Shown piece by piece: positions 39,051-53,329 of a DNA stretch of 64,000 nucleotides (within the stretch, counting starts at the first letter, position 1; every line of letters begins with the position of its first letter). Made by a program: the position numbers and the translations under genes. The notes beneath the pieces were generated by a model, which was given only the letters and a program-made list of their open reading frames with translations, ran no database searches and was not told the origin of the DNA. The stretch spans positions 43,650,001 to 43,714,000 of the forward strand of contig NC_045696.1 of assembly GCF_009834535.1 (NCBI RefSeq), read 5' to 3'. The stretch comes from Camelus ferus (lineage: Eukaryota).

Positions 39051-41989
39051 AAGAAAACTTTATTCAGTTTTACTAAAATTTCTACAAGAGAAAAAGAAAA
39101 AAAAAAGGAGGAAGTAGGGAGTGGGTACTCAATCAGAATGAGAAAAAAACTCTGTTTAATGCGCCAAGACTCCATGCTATTGGACAATCCACTCTATGGA
39201 AGAAGAGAATGTCTCTGAAATTAGAAACTGTATATGCTAATCCAATGAAAGGCTGATCAAAAAGAACAAGTTCATTGTATCAGAGGAGTTCAAGCAAAAG
39301 TTTACTATCTGCTAGCTTTTAGAAAGATAATTCATGCTTCATACAAGACTTCAATTTTATTTTTGAACTTCAACTCTTTTTCGAATTTCACATCTCAATC
39401 AAATTCAAGAAATATTTTTGAGTTCTATCATGTGTCAGGCACTTTGTTATTCTATGAAATGTCCAACATACCTATTAGGTTGTCAGATTTCAGACTCAAT
39501 ATTTTAGTTGCCAGGCTGGAAGGTCAGCATAAGTTTAAGGGAAAGAACTTCAAGGAGCAGATGTTAAGACAGTGATTTCCAAACACGAAACTCAAAATAA
39601 AGAAACATGGTAATCATTACCTTCAGGGAGGAATATCAGGATTTTTATATTGGACTCTACAAAACATGTACAGTTAGCATTTTAAAACCACTTCAGACAG
39701 TTTTATGTACATACTCTATGAAATGGATGCTTAGAAGTGAAAGAAGTGTTGGAACAGGCAGACAGCCATGCTTGTTTTATGAAAGAGGCTTTGAACACAA
39801 GGAATCAGTCAAACAAAACCTAACCATGCTTACAATAAAAAAAAAATGTTTTGCACTTTAAACAACTACTTTGCATTTTCATCATTTGCATGAATATCCC
39901 AATTCCTTTGTCAGCCTGGGACATAGGTTGAAAGAAAGCCATCCTTCCCCCCATTCTAAAGGAGCAATTATTTTGAGGATATTTTTATTGTCTTTATTAT
40001 ATAAAATATTATAGTTTCCTTTAAAACTGCATAGCATGCCTCATCGGAAGATAACTATAAGGCCCCCTGCAATAAATATATCATTATAGTTTGTATCAGT
40101 AAACCTGGGGATTGCTGATTTTTCATACTCATAGAGTTAATAGTAATTGTTCTTTAAGGTAGTTAAAATGAAGTAATTAACAGTTTCTCAGTATTGACTG
40201 GCATTTGCTTGTGAGTCTAAGGTGCATAAATAGTGAGGCAATCATTAATTGATTTACCCATTTCAGAATCAAATGGTTTTCCTTTGAATTATTTATAAGA
40301 AAAACAAATTAAACAAGTGAAGTTAAAATGACAAAAAGCATAGTATACTGCATATACATTGGTAGCTGTTCCATTTTGATACTGACCTGCCAGTACCCCA
40401 AATTGATTTCTCCTTACATGTGACACCAGGAAAGACAACTTTAAATACTATCTCCACTCAAAAGTCCAAGGGAATTTTTTCTAAATAACTACTGTACAAA
40501 GTTGCACGAACAAGTTAAAGAGATACACTTATGACATAAAGGCTATATGGTTTCCTATGTATTAATTAGATAAACAGAAAACTTGTCATGGGTACCCAGA
40601 GATTTCCCAGTCTAAACTAGATACTAAGAGGTACATAGGAATGTTGAATGACTTCTCCAGATTCGTAAATTCCTTAGTAAATAGAAAAAGATGATAATAT
40701 ACTGTTTTTGTTGTTAAGATAAGAATATCCATATACTTTCACTAATATTCATTTTTCCACATCCATAAACTTATAATTCTCATAATAGAGCTATCCATCT
40801 TTCTTAATCCTTTACTAAGATTGACTTGACGAATTCAGCAGTGATATATGTTTTAGGTTGCTCCAATTCACTAATTTTTCCAGACAATAACTAATGAATT
40901 TTGAACTGTAAAAATGAAAGGAAATTATAGCTGCCAATAAATGAAATTATGTCATTCCATGTGGTCCCTTCAATCCCTTTATCCTTTTAATTGTGTTTTC
41001 TTCTACATGTTGACAAATTTATACAATTCAGTAATCTATAAATTGTTTCCCTAGTTATTACTAAAACAGGCAAATTTTCCTGGATTTCAAAGCTAACTTT
41101 TCAGTCACATCATCCATCCAAATGAGTTTAAGATTTGAGCCTATAATCACCTAACAGGCATAAAAACTGCACAAGAAACTAAATTGTACCCACAAGCAAC
41201 TATGAATAATTAACCACTGGAACTTGCATGCCAAGAGTACAAATTAGCAACTCAGTTGCACCTGCAACTGGTCACCTGTAGGCTCAATTAGACATGTGTA
41301 GTTTTGCCTGGACAGTACTTTTCTGTCACAAAATAAGTGACATAGTTTTAGACCAGAAAAAGGTACTTAGCCTTTTGGAACTTCCCAGAAGAACACAGCT
41401 TTGGAATATTTTCTTATACCTAAACATTGTCTGTTCTCAGGCAATGTTCTCCAAACATTTATACAATGAAATATGTTATTTTTATGCTTTCTTTTCTCAT
41501 ATTACTTATTTAGTTTGGTAGGCCACACAGAGTTGAAATAATCTGTGATTCTGTTCCTCTGAGAATTGTTACATTTAATTACCTGTGTTTTACAGAATTA
41601 TGAATGCTATCCTTCAACACAAACCCATTAGTACTTAACCAACGCTCACTCAGGTAACACTAGGGTTTTCTAAACAATCCGTTTGCATGGAAAATTTATA
41701 TCTTTTGTATTTCAGGGATTAGGTTAAAGGAAAACAGTGTTAATGAATCATAATATTTCTTTATTAGATTTTAATAATTAAACTAAGCAACTAAATTCAT
41801 GTGTAGAACACATTTTTCTTGTTTCTAGGATGACATCACCATGTTTTAAAGGCTTAAAAAGAAAACTGATGACTCATGTTCTGGGGAAAAAATATCTAAT
41901 AAAATTGTGAAATAAAAACTTTGCTTTGAAAATGTACATTACACTCAAAATTTCTAATACAACATTATAGTATATTAGATTATTGTTCA

Positions 41990-42344
41990 CTTAAAGTTTA
42001 CTTCTCCCCAATTCTGATCTTCATGAGAAGTGTATATTTTGTACCCAAAGATGCTGAACTTGGTTTTGTCATTGTGGTATATGTGAAAAAATGATAGATG
42101 CTACTTCTGAAACTAAGCATTAAGAGGTCTTGCATGATTCTGCTCACCTTCTGGGACCATCTGGCATCATCAATGAGACAAATCTACTTTAAGTAGCTTG
42201 GTGGTCTAAGAACAAGAGACATATGGAACAGACTTGAATTTGATCCATGACTAGCAACAAGACCACTCAAGCTAGATTAAATAAGCTGAAACCCAACCTA
42301 CCAGCAGATACATAAGAAATAAATGGTTATTGTTTTATAGCATT

Positions 42345-42346
<2 letters not shown>
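41990..42346 (+). mobile_element. Old MaLR LTR (MLT1H/I-like)
   Basis: ctacttctgaaactaagcattaagagg; gagacatatggaacagac; aataaatggttattgtttta. Confidence 0.7.

Positions 42347-42400
<54 letters not shown>
42347..42400 (+). repeat. (AGAT)13 tetranucleotide microsatellite
   Basis: Read directly. Confidence 0.98.
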
Positions 42401-42401
<1 letters not shown>

Positions 42402-42944
42402 ATTGTGAAATAATTTCTATGTGCTTTTCAAAAACTGCACTGTAAAACATAATGATATAGGCAAGATACTAGCTATATAACATCATTTCTCTCTATGCAA
42501 CCAACTCAAGCAAACTACTATGAAGAATTATCAAAACTTGAAAGTAGAAAAAAGGTTCACTTCATATGCTTTATGTGATGAATCTCTAGGTGTGTCCCTT
42601 CATCTGCCTTGCTATTTTCTACTGATTAGGGTATCTCACAACTGTAAGGAATGATGTTAACTTGTGGAAAAACAACTGAAATGCAAGTAATTCTTGTCTA
42701 ATTTCATTCAGTAAAGATGCAAATAATTTATAGAATAAAATAACCCCCAAATTTATACTTTTATTGCTTTGAAGGACCAGTTTTTATCTAATTTAGAAAT
42801 CTTATTCAAACTTACTTCTTTCAGTGGCTATAAATACTTTCCTCTTTCTCTTCGAACAGAACTTACTACCTTATGTATTCCTTATTAGCAAGCAAATTAA
42901 GTCTGACACAATCTCAATTTGTATGTTTTAGAGTCATTTAAAAA

Positions 42945-43940
42945 ATAATAGCTTTATTTTACAACAGTTTTAGATTTATAAAAAAAGTCGTTGAGATAAA
43001 ACAATTTCCATACATCCTTCATTCACTTTCCCTTGTTAAAATCATGGTATGGTACATTTGTCACAACTAATGAGCTGTTTTTGAAACATATTATTAACTG
43101 AAGTTCATACTTTATTCAGAATGGCTTAGTTTTTCCCTAATTCTCTTTTCTGGTTCCAGGATCTCATACAGTACATGTCATTATTATGTCTTTTTAGGCT
43201 CCTCTAGACTTGACAACTTACCTTGTTAATAATGATTTTAGCAATTTTGAGGAGTCTTAGATATTTTGTACAATGTCCCTCAAATGGTATTTGTCTAATG
43301 TTCTTCTCATGATTATACTGGGGTTACAGGTTATTGAGAAGAAAACTATTGAGGTGCAGTGACACCCTCATCATACCATACCAAAGTTACATTGTCTCAG
43401 CATCATTTGCCAGTGTTGTTGCCCTTAATCACCTGGCTGAGGTAGTTTTTGTCAGGTTTCTCCCCTGAATATTTACTCCTCTCTCCCTCTTATATTGTAC
43501 TCTTTGGAAGGATGTGGAGGTCCCACATAATGAGTGAGGAGTTTTGCTCCACATTTTTCAGAGGAAGTATCTACCAAAAGTATTGGGAACCCTGCACAGG
43601 AGATTTATCTATCCTTCCCCATTTTTTAATTCAATGATTTATTTATATTACTATGGACTCATGGATATTTATTTTATACCTTGGGTGATAATCCAATGAT
43701 ACATTATTTATTTTGTTACTTAATTTGTTCTAACTTGGTCATTGAGAGCCCTTTCAGTTTACCCCCGTGTCCCTATGACATACTCTGTGTATGTGTGTGT
43801 GTGTGCGTGTGAGCATTTCCTTATTTTCTGCCACTACAAGATGTTGCAGGCTCATCTCACATACTACCTTCCTCAAGACAAGAATCAACCATTTACTTTT
43901 ACTGGAGAATGTTATTAGAAATCCAAATCTGGAAACTGAA
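42945..43940 (-). mobile_element. L1MC/L1MD-type 3'UTR
   Basis: cagttttagatttat; ggtacatttgtcacaactaatga; ttccaggatctcatacag; cacctggctgaggtag; ctatggactcatggatattt; actggagaatgttattagaaa. Confidence 0.88.
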
Positions 43941-44609
43941 TGAAGAGTTATTTTTCACTTTTGAGAATTATACTTTCACAAAGTTAAATAAAATGGATTT
44001 TATTGAATCCATAGATTATTTATAGGTGTCAGTTTTCCAAGCCTGTTCTTTATGGGTACCCCAAACATAAGGAAGTTATCATTTTCAGCAGAAGAACAGA
44101 CTGCCTAGAAGAACCTTCATAATGGAATGTGAGCAAGGTTTGATGAATCCTTTATGTTATCTATGAGTTTTATAATCAACTAAAATGTACGAATGGAATA
44201 CATCTAGCATAGATGTAGAGGCAGACATACCCACTCAACTTTATTTGTTTCTCATTCTTTCATTCTTGTTTTGCTTTGAAATGCTACACAATTTAAAAGA
44301 AACAGGAGAGTTGACATCAGATGGTCAATTTAAGGAAATAAAATTTTATGTAACTCAATCTACACTAATTAAATAGTACATCTAATGTAATGTTGGAAGT
44401 CTTCTGTCTTGGATGGTATTCATCTGATTCTACCAATTCTAGTTAATAATCATTGTAAATCCCTTTATTTTAGAAGCTATACTTATATTAAATTTGCTTT
44501 ATCATTTGGGATAGGGCTTCATAGATCACAAATTACATTTGATATTTACTAATATTATTAATGTGCTATCACACATTTTGTTCATAAGTGTAACAAAAAG
44601 ATGTCCTGC

Positions 44610-44697
44610 TTCTGTCATGGCATATCCAAAGTCAACACCAACAGAATTTTATCTCATCCTTGTTTACCTTGTTTAGGACGGATATGCCATAAGAGTA
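44610..44697. mobile_element. Ancient short palindromic element (MER133/UCON-like MITE)
   Basis: Perfect 11-bp inverted repeat atggcatatcc (44617-44627) / ggatatgccat (44680-44690), extending to 15 of 19 bp; family name from memory. Confidence 0.55.
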
Positions 44698-47440
44698 TGA
44701 GAGCAAGTTAAAGTTCAGATGTCGGGGGTCAAATATTAATAATAATTATACATACAAGGTATAATTTCATTTGGTGGCTCCTTTTTATTTACTTCTTAAT
44801 TGATATATCCAGCTCAGTTCTACTTTGAAAGTACAAAAGAGAATTTTACTTCCCACTGACAATGAGATATAATACATACTATACATATTTTTCTCATTTT
44901 TCATCACATACATTTTTGCTTCACAATGACCAGAGCAGTGCCACCTGCATACTTTCTAAACATTAAATACATAGTTAGAAGATTTGAAACAATGTGGTCT
45001 TCAGGCAAATTTCTGGTTTGTAATTCACAAATAGGAGCTTATTACCTCAAGACCACTCTAAAAAATATCTCACTCCCTTTGTTTTCAGAGGTATTCAATG
45101 TCAGGTAGTAGGTAAATAGTATAAATTGTGCCATTATTTGCTATTAGCAGTAGTAAATTGTTTAACAAACTTTCCAATTTTGTTTTAAGTCTCATATGGC
45201 TCAAAGTCCATTGAAACCCCCTTTCAAAAGAAATCTAGTTTTCAACCACTTACTTTTGCCTCTAAGTGCCCTTAATGTACTTCTGGGACCCTTGTAAAGG
45301 CAAGCGTGTTACTACATCTATTCATTCCCCTCAGGGGAGAAACTTGATATGAAGCATGCATATCTTCATCAGCAATCATATAGCTCAATTCTTTTATAAT
45401 GGATTAAATAAAATTAAGAGTGCCATCTTATGTACACCTCTTCACATTGTAGCTCTCCTCTTAGTACCAGATGTGTTTTCAGGAAGCTACTGGTTGTAGC
45501 AGCTCATTGCTGCACCTGGGATTTGCTCTTTTATAGAAAGACAGCTAATTGTGTTAAATGCCCTTTAAAAGGAAGAAGAGAATTGATGTCTGCTTTCCTA
45601 AATGCCAACATTCCAAATCTCTTTCAAGTATATTTTGACAGTTAAAAAAAGAAAAAACAACTTTGTTTTCTATTTTGAAAGAACTTTAAGATTTTTGAAG
45701 CCTCCTATGTATAGTCACTAAAACATGTGTAAATTACTAAGGACTAGAATAAAAATCTCTTCTTATAAGCACTTTGAAAATTGAGGACATCTGTGCCTAC
45801 AAGTTGAAGGTTGATTCCAGCATATATGAGGAGGTAAACAACTTTTCAGGGCTTTACCTCTTTCTATTCTTCTTGTCCTAATCTTCCAGTATTCCCAGAT
45901 GCTTTTTCAGAGTAAATAAACTAAGCTTCTGTTTATTAATGTGCAGAGCTTTTCTGATTTAATTCTTATTCATCTCTATTGGTTTTTCCAGTAAATTTTA
46001 CTGAGCTTAACATTTACAACTACTACACCCAAATATATTATAACCAGTCATAGTTAAGGTCATTTAATACTGTATTTCTAGCATTCATACTCATACTTTA
46101 TCATCTCCCAAGGGGAAAATAAAAAGGAGAGACTACTTACAGGTTTAGAACTACTAACATAGGATTACATGGTCCAGCATTGCTGTTACTTTATTTAGAC
46201 TGCAGAGTGCACTACAAAGCTAGGCCTATGCAAATAGATTTCATCACCTTAGGGTACATTAATGTAGCCAGGACACAAATCCAGAGGGTGACTAAGATCA
46301 CATTTCTTTCCTGCTTAACAACTCTCCATTCTCCCCTCTTCCCTACTTTGAAAGATAGTGGCTCAGGAGGGAATTAAAGCAATACTGTAAGAATGGAAAA
46401 CCCTCCTCTTTTCTCTCAGAAGATTCCCACCAGCATGGAATCATATTTAATTCAGGCAACTAATCAACAGAAACCGTTTTAATATCAACAAAATCTTAGA
46501 GTTCTTTTTTTGTTTGTTTGTTTAAATCCTATTTATAGACGATGATTTCAATGCTCAGGTCAGTGGAATTTCTACCTAATCAACTGGAATGCAGCCAAAT
46601 GAAACTGTCAGAAGACCATACTTGAGATTAGCCCCACATTATCTGGGATTTCCTTGATAAAGCTTTTAAAGTTATTTATATTCTAAGTTCTGGTGTTATT
46701 TCACTACTGGAGCTTTTAGTGCTGAGGATGTCTCTTCAATGAAGTATGGCCTCATGAAAGTCAAAAAACTGAATATACTGAATAGCTACTTTACTGAGAG
46801 TTTAATTTCTTCTTTGAAGCACTAAATGCTGCTTTTAAGGGTTAGAAAAGATGAGACACTTCAGAATTCATTTAAATTCCTTACTGTCAACCACTTAAAA
46901 CACATAAAATGAAGAGATGTTGTCATATGATAGAAATGAAGTTAGTGTGTTTGATTTAAAAGTAGTATCTGTAACTCTGAAATCCCATAAGGGAGATAAA
47001 TTGGAGTCCCAATGACACTGCTCTTTTGGGTCGTTCTTTTACTATTTCTTCATTTTATTTTATCTCATTTTTGGTCTTGGTCTGAATTTGCTATAGAAAG
47101 TAGTTAAAAACTTGCATTAGGCAGTAAAGTACTACATCTAGCAATCTCGGACTGTAAATAAACAGAATTTAGAATTAAGAAGGCAAAAAAAGCATGTGAT
47201 TTAGCTGCCCTTACAAAAATGACTTTGACTGTAAATTACCTCATGTCTTTTTAGAAACTGTATTGTTGTCATATGAAATTATATAGTAAGTCAAAAAGTT
47301 GAGAGCAAACATGCTTCTGATACAGGATAGCGGTGGATTTGACAGAAGCATGTAGGCCTCTTACCAGAATTTCACTGTTTACCTGCATTTCAAATTCGTG
47401 TTCTTATGAAGGCTCAACTACATGTATTTCTTCTTTCTGG

Positions 47441-47668
47441 CAACATAGTATAGTAGCAAGAGCATGGATTTTGAATACTGACAAAATCCTGAGTCTATTA
47501 TTTACTATTCTTATAAACTATAGGATACTTACTGTTCCAAATCTTTTTTTAATTTCCTCAATAAAATTTGGAAATTATAACTTTCTTCTAAAAATGCTTT
47601 GATAAGTAAATAATATTACATTGGTGAGGCTATAATGCCCATAGTAGATGCTCAAAAGTGTTGATTCC
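47441..47668 (+). mobile_element. MIR SINE
   Basis: catagtatagtagcaagagcatggattttga...tttcctca...catagtagatgctcaaaa. Confidence 0.7.
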
Positions 47669-47964
47669 ATTTCCCCCATTTCTAAAATTTGTACATTAAT
47701 AATTAAAGCTTAAATATTATTTTCCTTTCTGAAGGACATTTGGTTTAAGATATCTTGACTTTAAATGCTGGCATTTCCATAGTATTTCTCTTATGAATCA
47801 TACAGTGAACAGAGGATTCATAACATAATCTTAAAGATGGAATCATCCAAATTCTTTCTATTTGTGTTTTTTAAATCATTTTTCCTGAGCTATTGACTTG
47901 AAACTATTAAAGAAACTATCAATCTGTATATGACAAAACTTTCATCTCCAAATTCCAGACCTTG

Positions 47965-48406
47965 ATAGAGTCTTACTTTGGGTTCCCCAGTGAACCATCC
48001 TCTAGTATTCATATTCCCACACTGATTTAGAACCTGGAATATGATTAACTTCTGCCAGTGAAACACTACCAAGTATGATACATGCAGACTTAATAAGCAT
48101 GTGCACAATGGGGCTAGTTCTTTTGGAGCACCTGTTCTTGGAATTAATGCTAAAATAAAGTGAAAGAAGCTATTTGGAGAGGCCCACATGTAAGAAAACC
48201 AAGGCTTAACAACCACAGCTGAACTCATAAGTGGTGGCCAGCACCAACATGGATAGCTGAAAGAAAAAGGATATTTTGCACTTTTCAGTCAACTCTATAG
48301 CCAACCAACACCACATGAAGCATAATAATCACTCAATCAACTCAGAATCATGAGAAATAATGATTTTTAATGATTTGTTATTCTATAATAATAGAAAACC
48401 CAATAC
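47965..48406 (+). mobile_element. MaLR LTR (MLT1F/G-like)
   Basis: ggagaggcccacatg; cagctgaactc...gccagcaccaac; cagaatcatgagaaataa. Confidence 0.7.
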
Positions 48407-49419
48407 CACACAATGGCCATGAAATACTGGCTGTATTTAAGGATATAACCAAGTCTATGGTTTGGAAGAAATCAGAAGGAAACAGAAAACTAAAAGGTTA
48501 GTATTTGTGATAAAAGAAAAAAGAGAGCAAAGAATATAATTAATAATGAGAATTAATACGTACTAGAAAAGAAAAAGGAGCATGTCAAGGGAAGGGAATT
48601 TTTTCCCTTGTATTTTGAAATACACATTACAAAATTCTTTTTAGAAAAGTTTTTGATGTGTTAGATATATATATATATATTATATATTAAATGATTTATA
48701 GACATCACGTATTAAATGATATAAATTGACTTAATATGGAAGATTATTTTAATAAAGGAGAATCTGAGTCAAATGTAAGAGAAACAAATTTTTCTTCATA
48801 CAACAAAGCATTAAACTTGAGCATAAAACAAAAATTTTAAAGTAGTAAAACTGCAAGATTATATTCAACTTATAATATATACATTACTCAGACATGTATA
48901 CACATATACATGTGCATGTTTTATTTCTTGATAGTTTTTGCATGTACTCTGCTATAAAGATTTATTTCTGTGCATTTGGAATAATTCTTTGTTTTATGTG
49001 GGCGCCTCTCAAACAAGTGGCAATAAAAATCTTTATAGTACCCCATACTGACATGTTTTATTTATCTCTCTTGGTTCCTTTCCATTTTCCTTCTTAAAAC
49101 CACATAAATCAGCATGGAAATAATGAGGTCACTGACAAGAACTCAAAAGAACCATTTTAAGGCAAAGCATTTAACTTGGGAAAAAAATCAAGGAAATTAA
49201 GAGATGAAATAATATGCAACATTATCCTCCAGCGGAGGACTACCTGTAACTCAAAACCTATACAGGAAATTTTCCTTATATCTAGGATTTTGAAAGCATA
49301 TTTCAATATCTGTACATATTCTTCGTAATAGATTGACAAAAGTTGCTCTGATAGAAAGTCTGGCAATCCTGGAAGCAAATGCATTTTGGATTAAGACCAC
49401 TAGCTCACTTGGACAACTT

Positions 49420-49740
49420 AGGATCCACCCTCATCTCCTTTTTCTCCATATGTTTTATCAATTATACTACTTTGGCCTTTTAATGAACCCTCAGAAAAAA
49501 TAAACAATAAGTCAGATTTCCTTTCATGAATCTTGCTTTATGATCTACTTCTTTTCATCACCATCCACAACTATTCACTTCTCCAGGCTGGTTAGTCTAC
49601 TTCAATTCACAGAAAATTCTAGGTTCAAGTCTCGATACCTCTTTATCTCCACTGCCACCACTCTAGCTTAGGTTTTATTATTTCTTTGCTAGATATCTAA
49701 TACAACATCTATATTTCATCCTAAAATATTTTAGCAGGAA
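49420..49740 (+). mobile_element. L2 fragments
   Basis: cctctttatctccactgccaccactctag. Confidence 0.5.
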
Positions 49741-50123
49741 AAATGTAACTAATTAAGGCTGCCACTCAGGTGTCGGCAGTTCTCCTAATCAGGAATTAAC
49801 TCTCCAGTGGTGGCAAACTAGTGTGATCTCAGCAAAGCTTCACCCCAAATACAGTTATTAGGCCGCTGTAAGTGCTGTTGGCCATATCTAGGGAATAAGA
49901 AGAGGTTTTATTAATTACTATGATAAACAAACAAGTTTGTTAATTAGCACAACAGATGCTAGAAATAAGAAATAAACTTTTGGTGCTTATTATATATGGA
50001 TTATGAACATATTTTAGAAAAATGTTCCTTTCTTTTTATGAACAGGATATACAAATTTAGTGAGGCCTATATCCTGAACCCTTGAAAATGCTACCTGAGT
50101 CTTGATCCTCAAGTAGAACTCAC

Positions 50124-50175
<52 letters not shown>
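50124..50175 (+). repeat. (TCTA)13 tetranucleotide microsatellite
   Basis: Read directly. Confidence 0.98.
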
Positions 50176-51927
50176 AGACAGACAGGGACAGAGGGACAGA
50201 CATAGATAATTTCTTACTGTCTTTTGAAGATAATGAGGAGAAAAGAATCCTATCTCTGGAATTTTGTCTCATTGGCCTTGTAAACCTTTCGTATCAGTGG
50301 TGTTGGGAGAACCAAAAAGGAAAAAAGTGTTGAGACTTCACTGATTTTTCAGAAAAGGTTGCTTGTCAAAATGTGTTCAAAAAAAATCTGAAACAATTTC
50401 ACTGTAACCTTCTAGCAAGTTTATGTGGAAGTTCCCAACCAATCTTATTCAACCATAAATCTGTCTCATTATCAAAAAGAACCTAAATGCTTTACATGAC
50501 CAAATTGACTTAGGTGAATTCTTAACCAGATCTCTAGTATCGTAATTTTTTTTCATCAGCTATGTTTCCTTTCAACTCTATTCTCAACATAATCTTTTGG
50601 AAAATTTTATATTACTTGCTTGCTTACATTATTTCAAAGACATCTGAATGCTCACAGAACATGATCCAAAATCCTTCCCAGCTCAGTCAGATTCTCGTCA
50701 TTTCTCCACCCTGATCTCAGGCCATTCTCTCCCTCAGTCACTATGTTTTGCCCATCCCCACCTTCCTCTTTAGGATTCTTTCTATTCCTAGAACATTATT
50801 ATCTATCCTCAACCACGATTTCCTTCTTTTAATTTTTATTTCTTTATAATCTCTCTAATCTATTTTCTGTCTGGGTAACTCCTTCAACAGGTTGAGGGCT
50901 GTTCAGCCCTCAACACAAATTTATTTTTAGGAAAAACTGAATTGAATCTTTATATTAACATGGGTTCCTCTGTCAATGCACATTAAATTTTTCATATAAA
51001 GGGATCATTTTACCTAATTAATTGTTCTATTCCAAGTGTCCAGTACTTCTTAATAACTGTACATAAAATAAAATATATTGAAGAAAAGATATAAGAGAAG
51101 AATGAAGGAAACAAATAAAGTATCACTAGGGACCATTTACAAGTTTCATATGCCCACTTGGGATAGCTCAAGACCAACTACTCACCTCAGCTCTCCCTTT
51201 AGCTTGTCTATTGTAAGGACTAGTAAGAAAACTTGTCTCACTTGTCATTGCCAATTTAAATTACTTCAGTGCCCAGGAATCCTCCTAGTCCCATGCTTTC
51301 CTTATTTCCCACCCTTAAGTTGTCACCCAATTGTTCACAGAGAAAACTATTTTTGTATAAATAATATAAGCATTAAATGTATGTTCTTATCATTAAAGGC
51401 CAGCTGGAAAGAAGGGATGACAATTTAGGGAGAGAAAACACATCTACAGTGAGTGGTGGGGAATATAAGGACACACAGAATATGTAGAATACCAGAGTAT
51501 ATTGAACAGAGTGTAAAGGCTGAGGTAACAGAAAGAACAAAGTTGGGTCCTTTCTATCCCTTACAATAAGTGCAACATTTTTCAGAATGGTTGTTCAACC
51601 AACCAACCTCAATTCTCTCTCCATTCCTTACAAAACATAGTTTACACACTTTTACAACAGGAGTCATATTTCCTATAATACAGGAAGATGGTAAGTTCCA
51701 TGAGCATTCTATATGAAAGAACTGAATGAGGAGCCAAAAATATAGTTACATAAATCAACATATTCAGCATTAGTTTATTGAACATGAACCCAGTCATACT
51801 AAATTGCAACCCTTGGGAGTAATACAATATTTTGAGATACATCGTAAAAATATTTGATAAATTTAAGCATGAAATAAATTACTAAAGTCGCATTACCAAC
51901 AGTTCCCCAGTAAGGGGAAATGCTTTT

Positions 51928-52637
51928 TTTTTTAACATTTTTTATTGATTTATAATCATTTTACAATGTTGTGTCAAATTCCAGTGTTCAGCACAATTTT
52001 TCAGTCATTCATGGACATATACACACTCATTGGCACATTTTTTTCTCTCTGAGTTATCATAACATTTGTGTATATTTCCCTGTGCTATACAGTGTAATCT
52101 TGTTTATCTATTCTACAATTTTGAAATCCCAGTCTATCCCTTCCCCCCCTTCCACCCCCCTGGCAACCACAAGTCTGTATTCTCTGTCTGTGAGTCTATT
52201 TCTGTCCTGTATTTACGCTTTGTTTTTGTTTGTTTGTTTGTTTTTGTTTTTGTTTTTTAGATTCCACATATGAGCGATCTCATATGGTATTTTTCTTTCT
52301 CTTTCCGGCTTACTTCACTTAGAATGACATTCTCCAGGAGCATCCATGTTGTTGCAAATGGCATTATGTTGTCGGTTTTTATGGCTGAGTAGTATTCCAT
52401 TGTATAAATATACCACCTCTTCTTTATCCAGTCACCTGTTGATGGACATTTAGGCTGTTTCCATGTTTTGGCCATTGTAAATAGTGCTGCTATGAACATT
52501 GGGGTGCAGGTGTCATCCTGACATAGATTTCCTTCTGGATACAAGCCCAGGAGTGGGATTCCTGGGTCATATGGTAAGTCTATTCCTAGTCTTTTGAGGA
52601 ATCTCCACACTGTTTTCCATAGTGGCTGCACCAAACT
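51928..52637 (-). mobile_element. Young camelid-type L1, 5'-truncated (about 710 bp), with uninterrupted ORF2p C-terminus
   Basis: ORF 52257-52637 ([14 protein letters not shown]...DTCTPMFIAALF...WYIYTMEYYSAIK) is the L1 ORF2p C-terminus; 13-bp TSD gggaaatgctttt (51915-51927 / 52638-52650); TTTT/AAAA endonuclease site. Confidence 0.97.
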
Positions 52638-52739
52638 GGGAAATGCTTTTAAAATAATTACCAATAGTTTCTTTCTTCAATGACCAAGAATATCATTTTG
52701 AAAGATAAATTTTGATAATGAAACTATTCTTCTTCTTTG

Positions 52740-53161
52740 TTATTTTAACAAAAAGATCTCAAATATCGTTGACATTATAGCAACTCTGCAATTCTCACCC
52801 ACATTATAACATTCCATGTAAGCAATTGCAGGGGATAGCTATGACTCGTCCTCATGTGCCTTATTCTGGGATCTAGGCTGAAGGAAGGTGCCCTACTTTG
52901 ACTGTGCCATTCTCATGGCAGAGGAGAAGAGCAAGAGAGCTAGCAGAAACACTCAACGATTCAAAGCTTTAGTTTAAAACTATCACGTGTACTTCTTCTC
53001 ATATTGCATTAGACATAGTAAGTAAAAGGCCAAGACAATGATGTGAGAATTATAACCCTTAAAAGAAAGACAAGTAAAGCCCATGGCAATGGGCAGGAAT
53101 ATATTAACCACTTACAGGAATGGCACGTGATTCAGTTTTGAACATAATAAAATCTACCATA
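52740..53161 (-). mobile_element. MaLR LTR (MLT1J-like)
   Basis: ctgggatctaggctgaagga; ccattctcatggcagagg; catggcaatgggcagg; aataaaatctaccata terminus. Confidence 0.75.
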
Positions 53162-53329
53162 CCACACCAGTCACAAACAGCATTTCTGACAAACTAGGCT
53201 TATGTTACTTGGGGGTGCAAGTTGTGGCTCATGATGAAATTAATATTGTAAATCCATGAGGATGAGATATGAGAAGTCTAAAGTTAGGCATAAGTTCAGT
53301 CTTTCTATATTAGGGAAAAAAAAGTTGAT

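Noticed and set aside
49795..49820. CTCF site (ctccagtggtggca)
   Set aside because: Spacing does not fit the CCASYAGRKGGC core
42347..50175. (AGAT)13 and (TCTA)13 as paired inverted termini
   Set aside because: Common independent microsatellites; no TSD or other shared flank
52257..52664. 135-aa ORF as a host gene
   Set aside because: It is the L1 ORF2p C-terminus of a 5'-truncated copy; the first residues come from the flank and TSD
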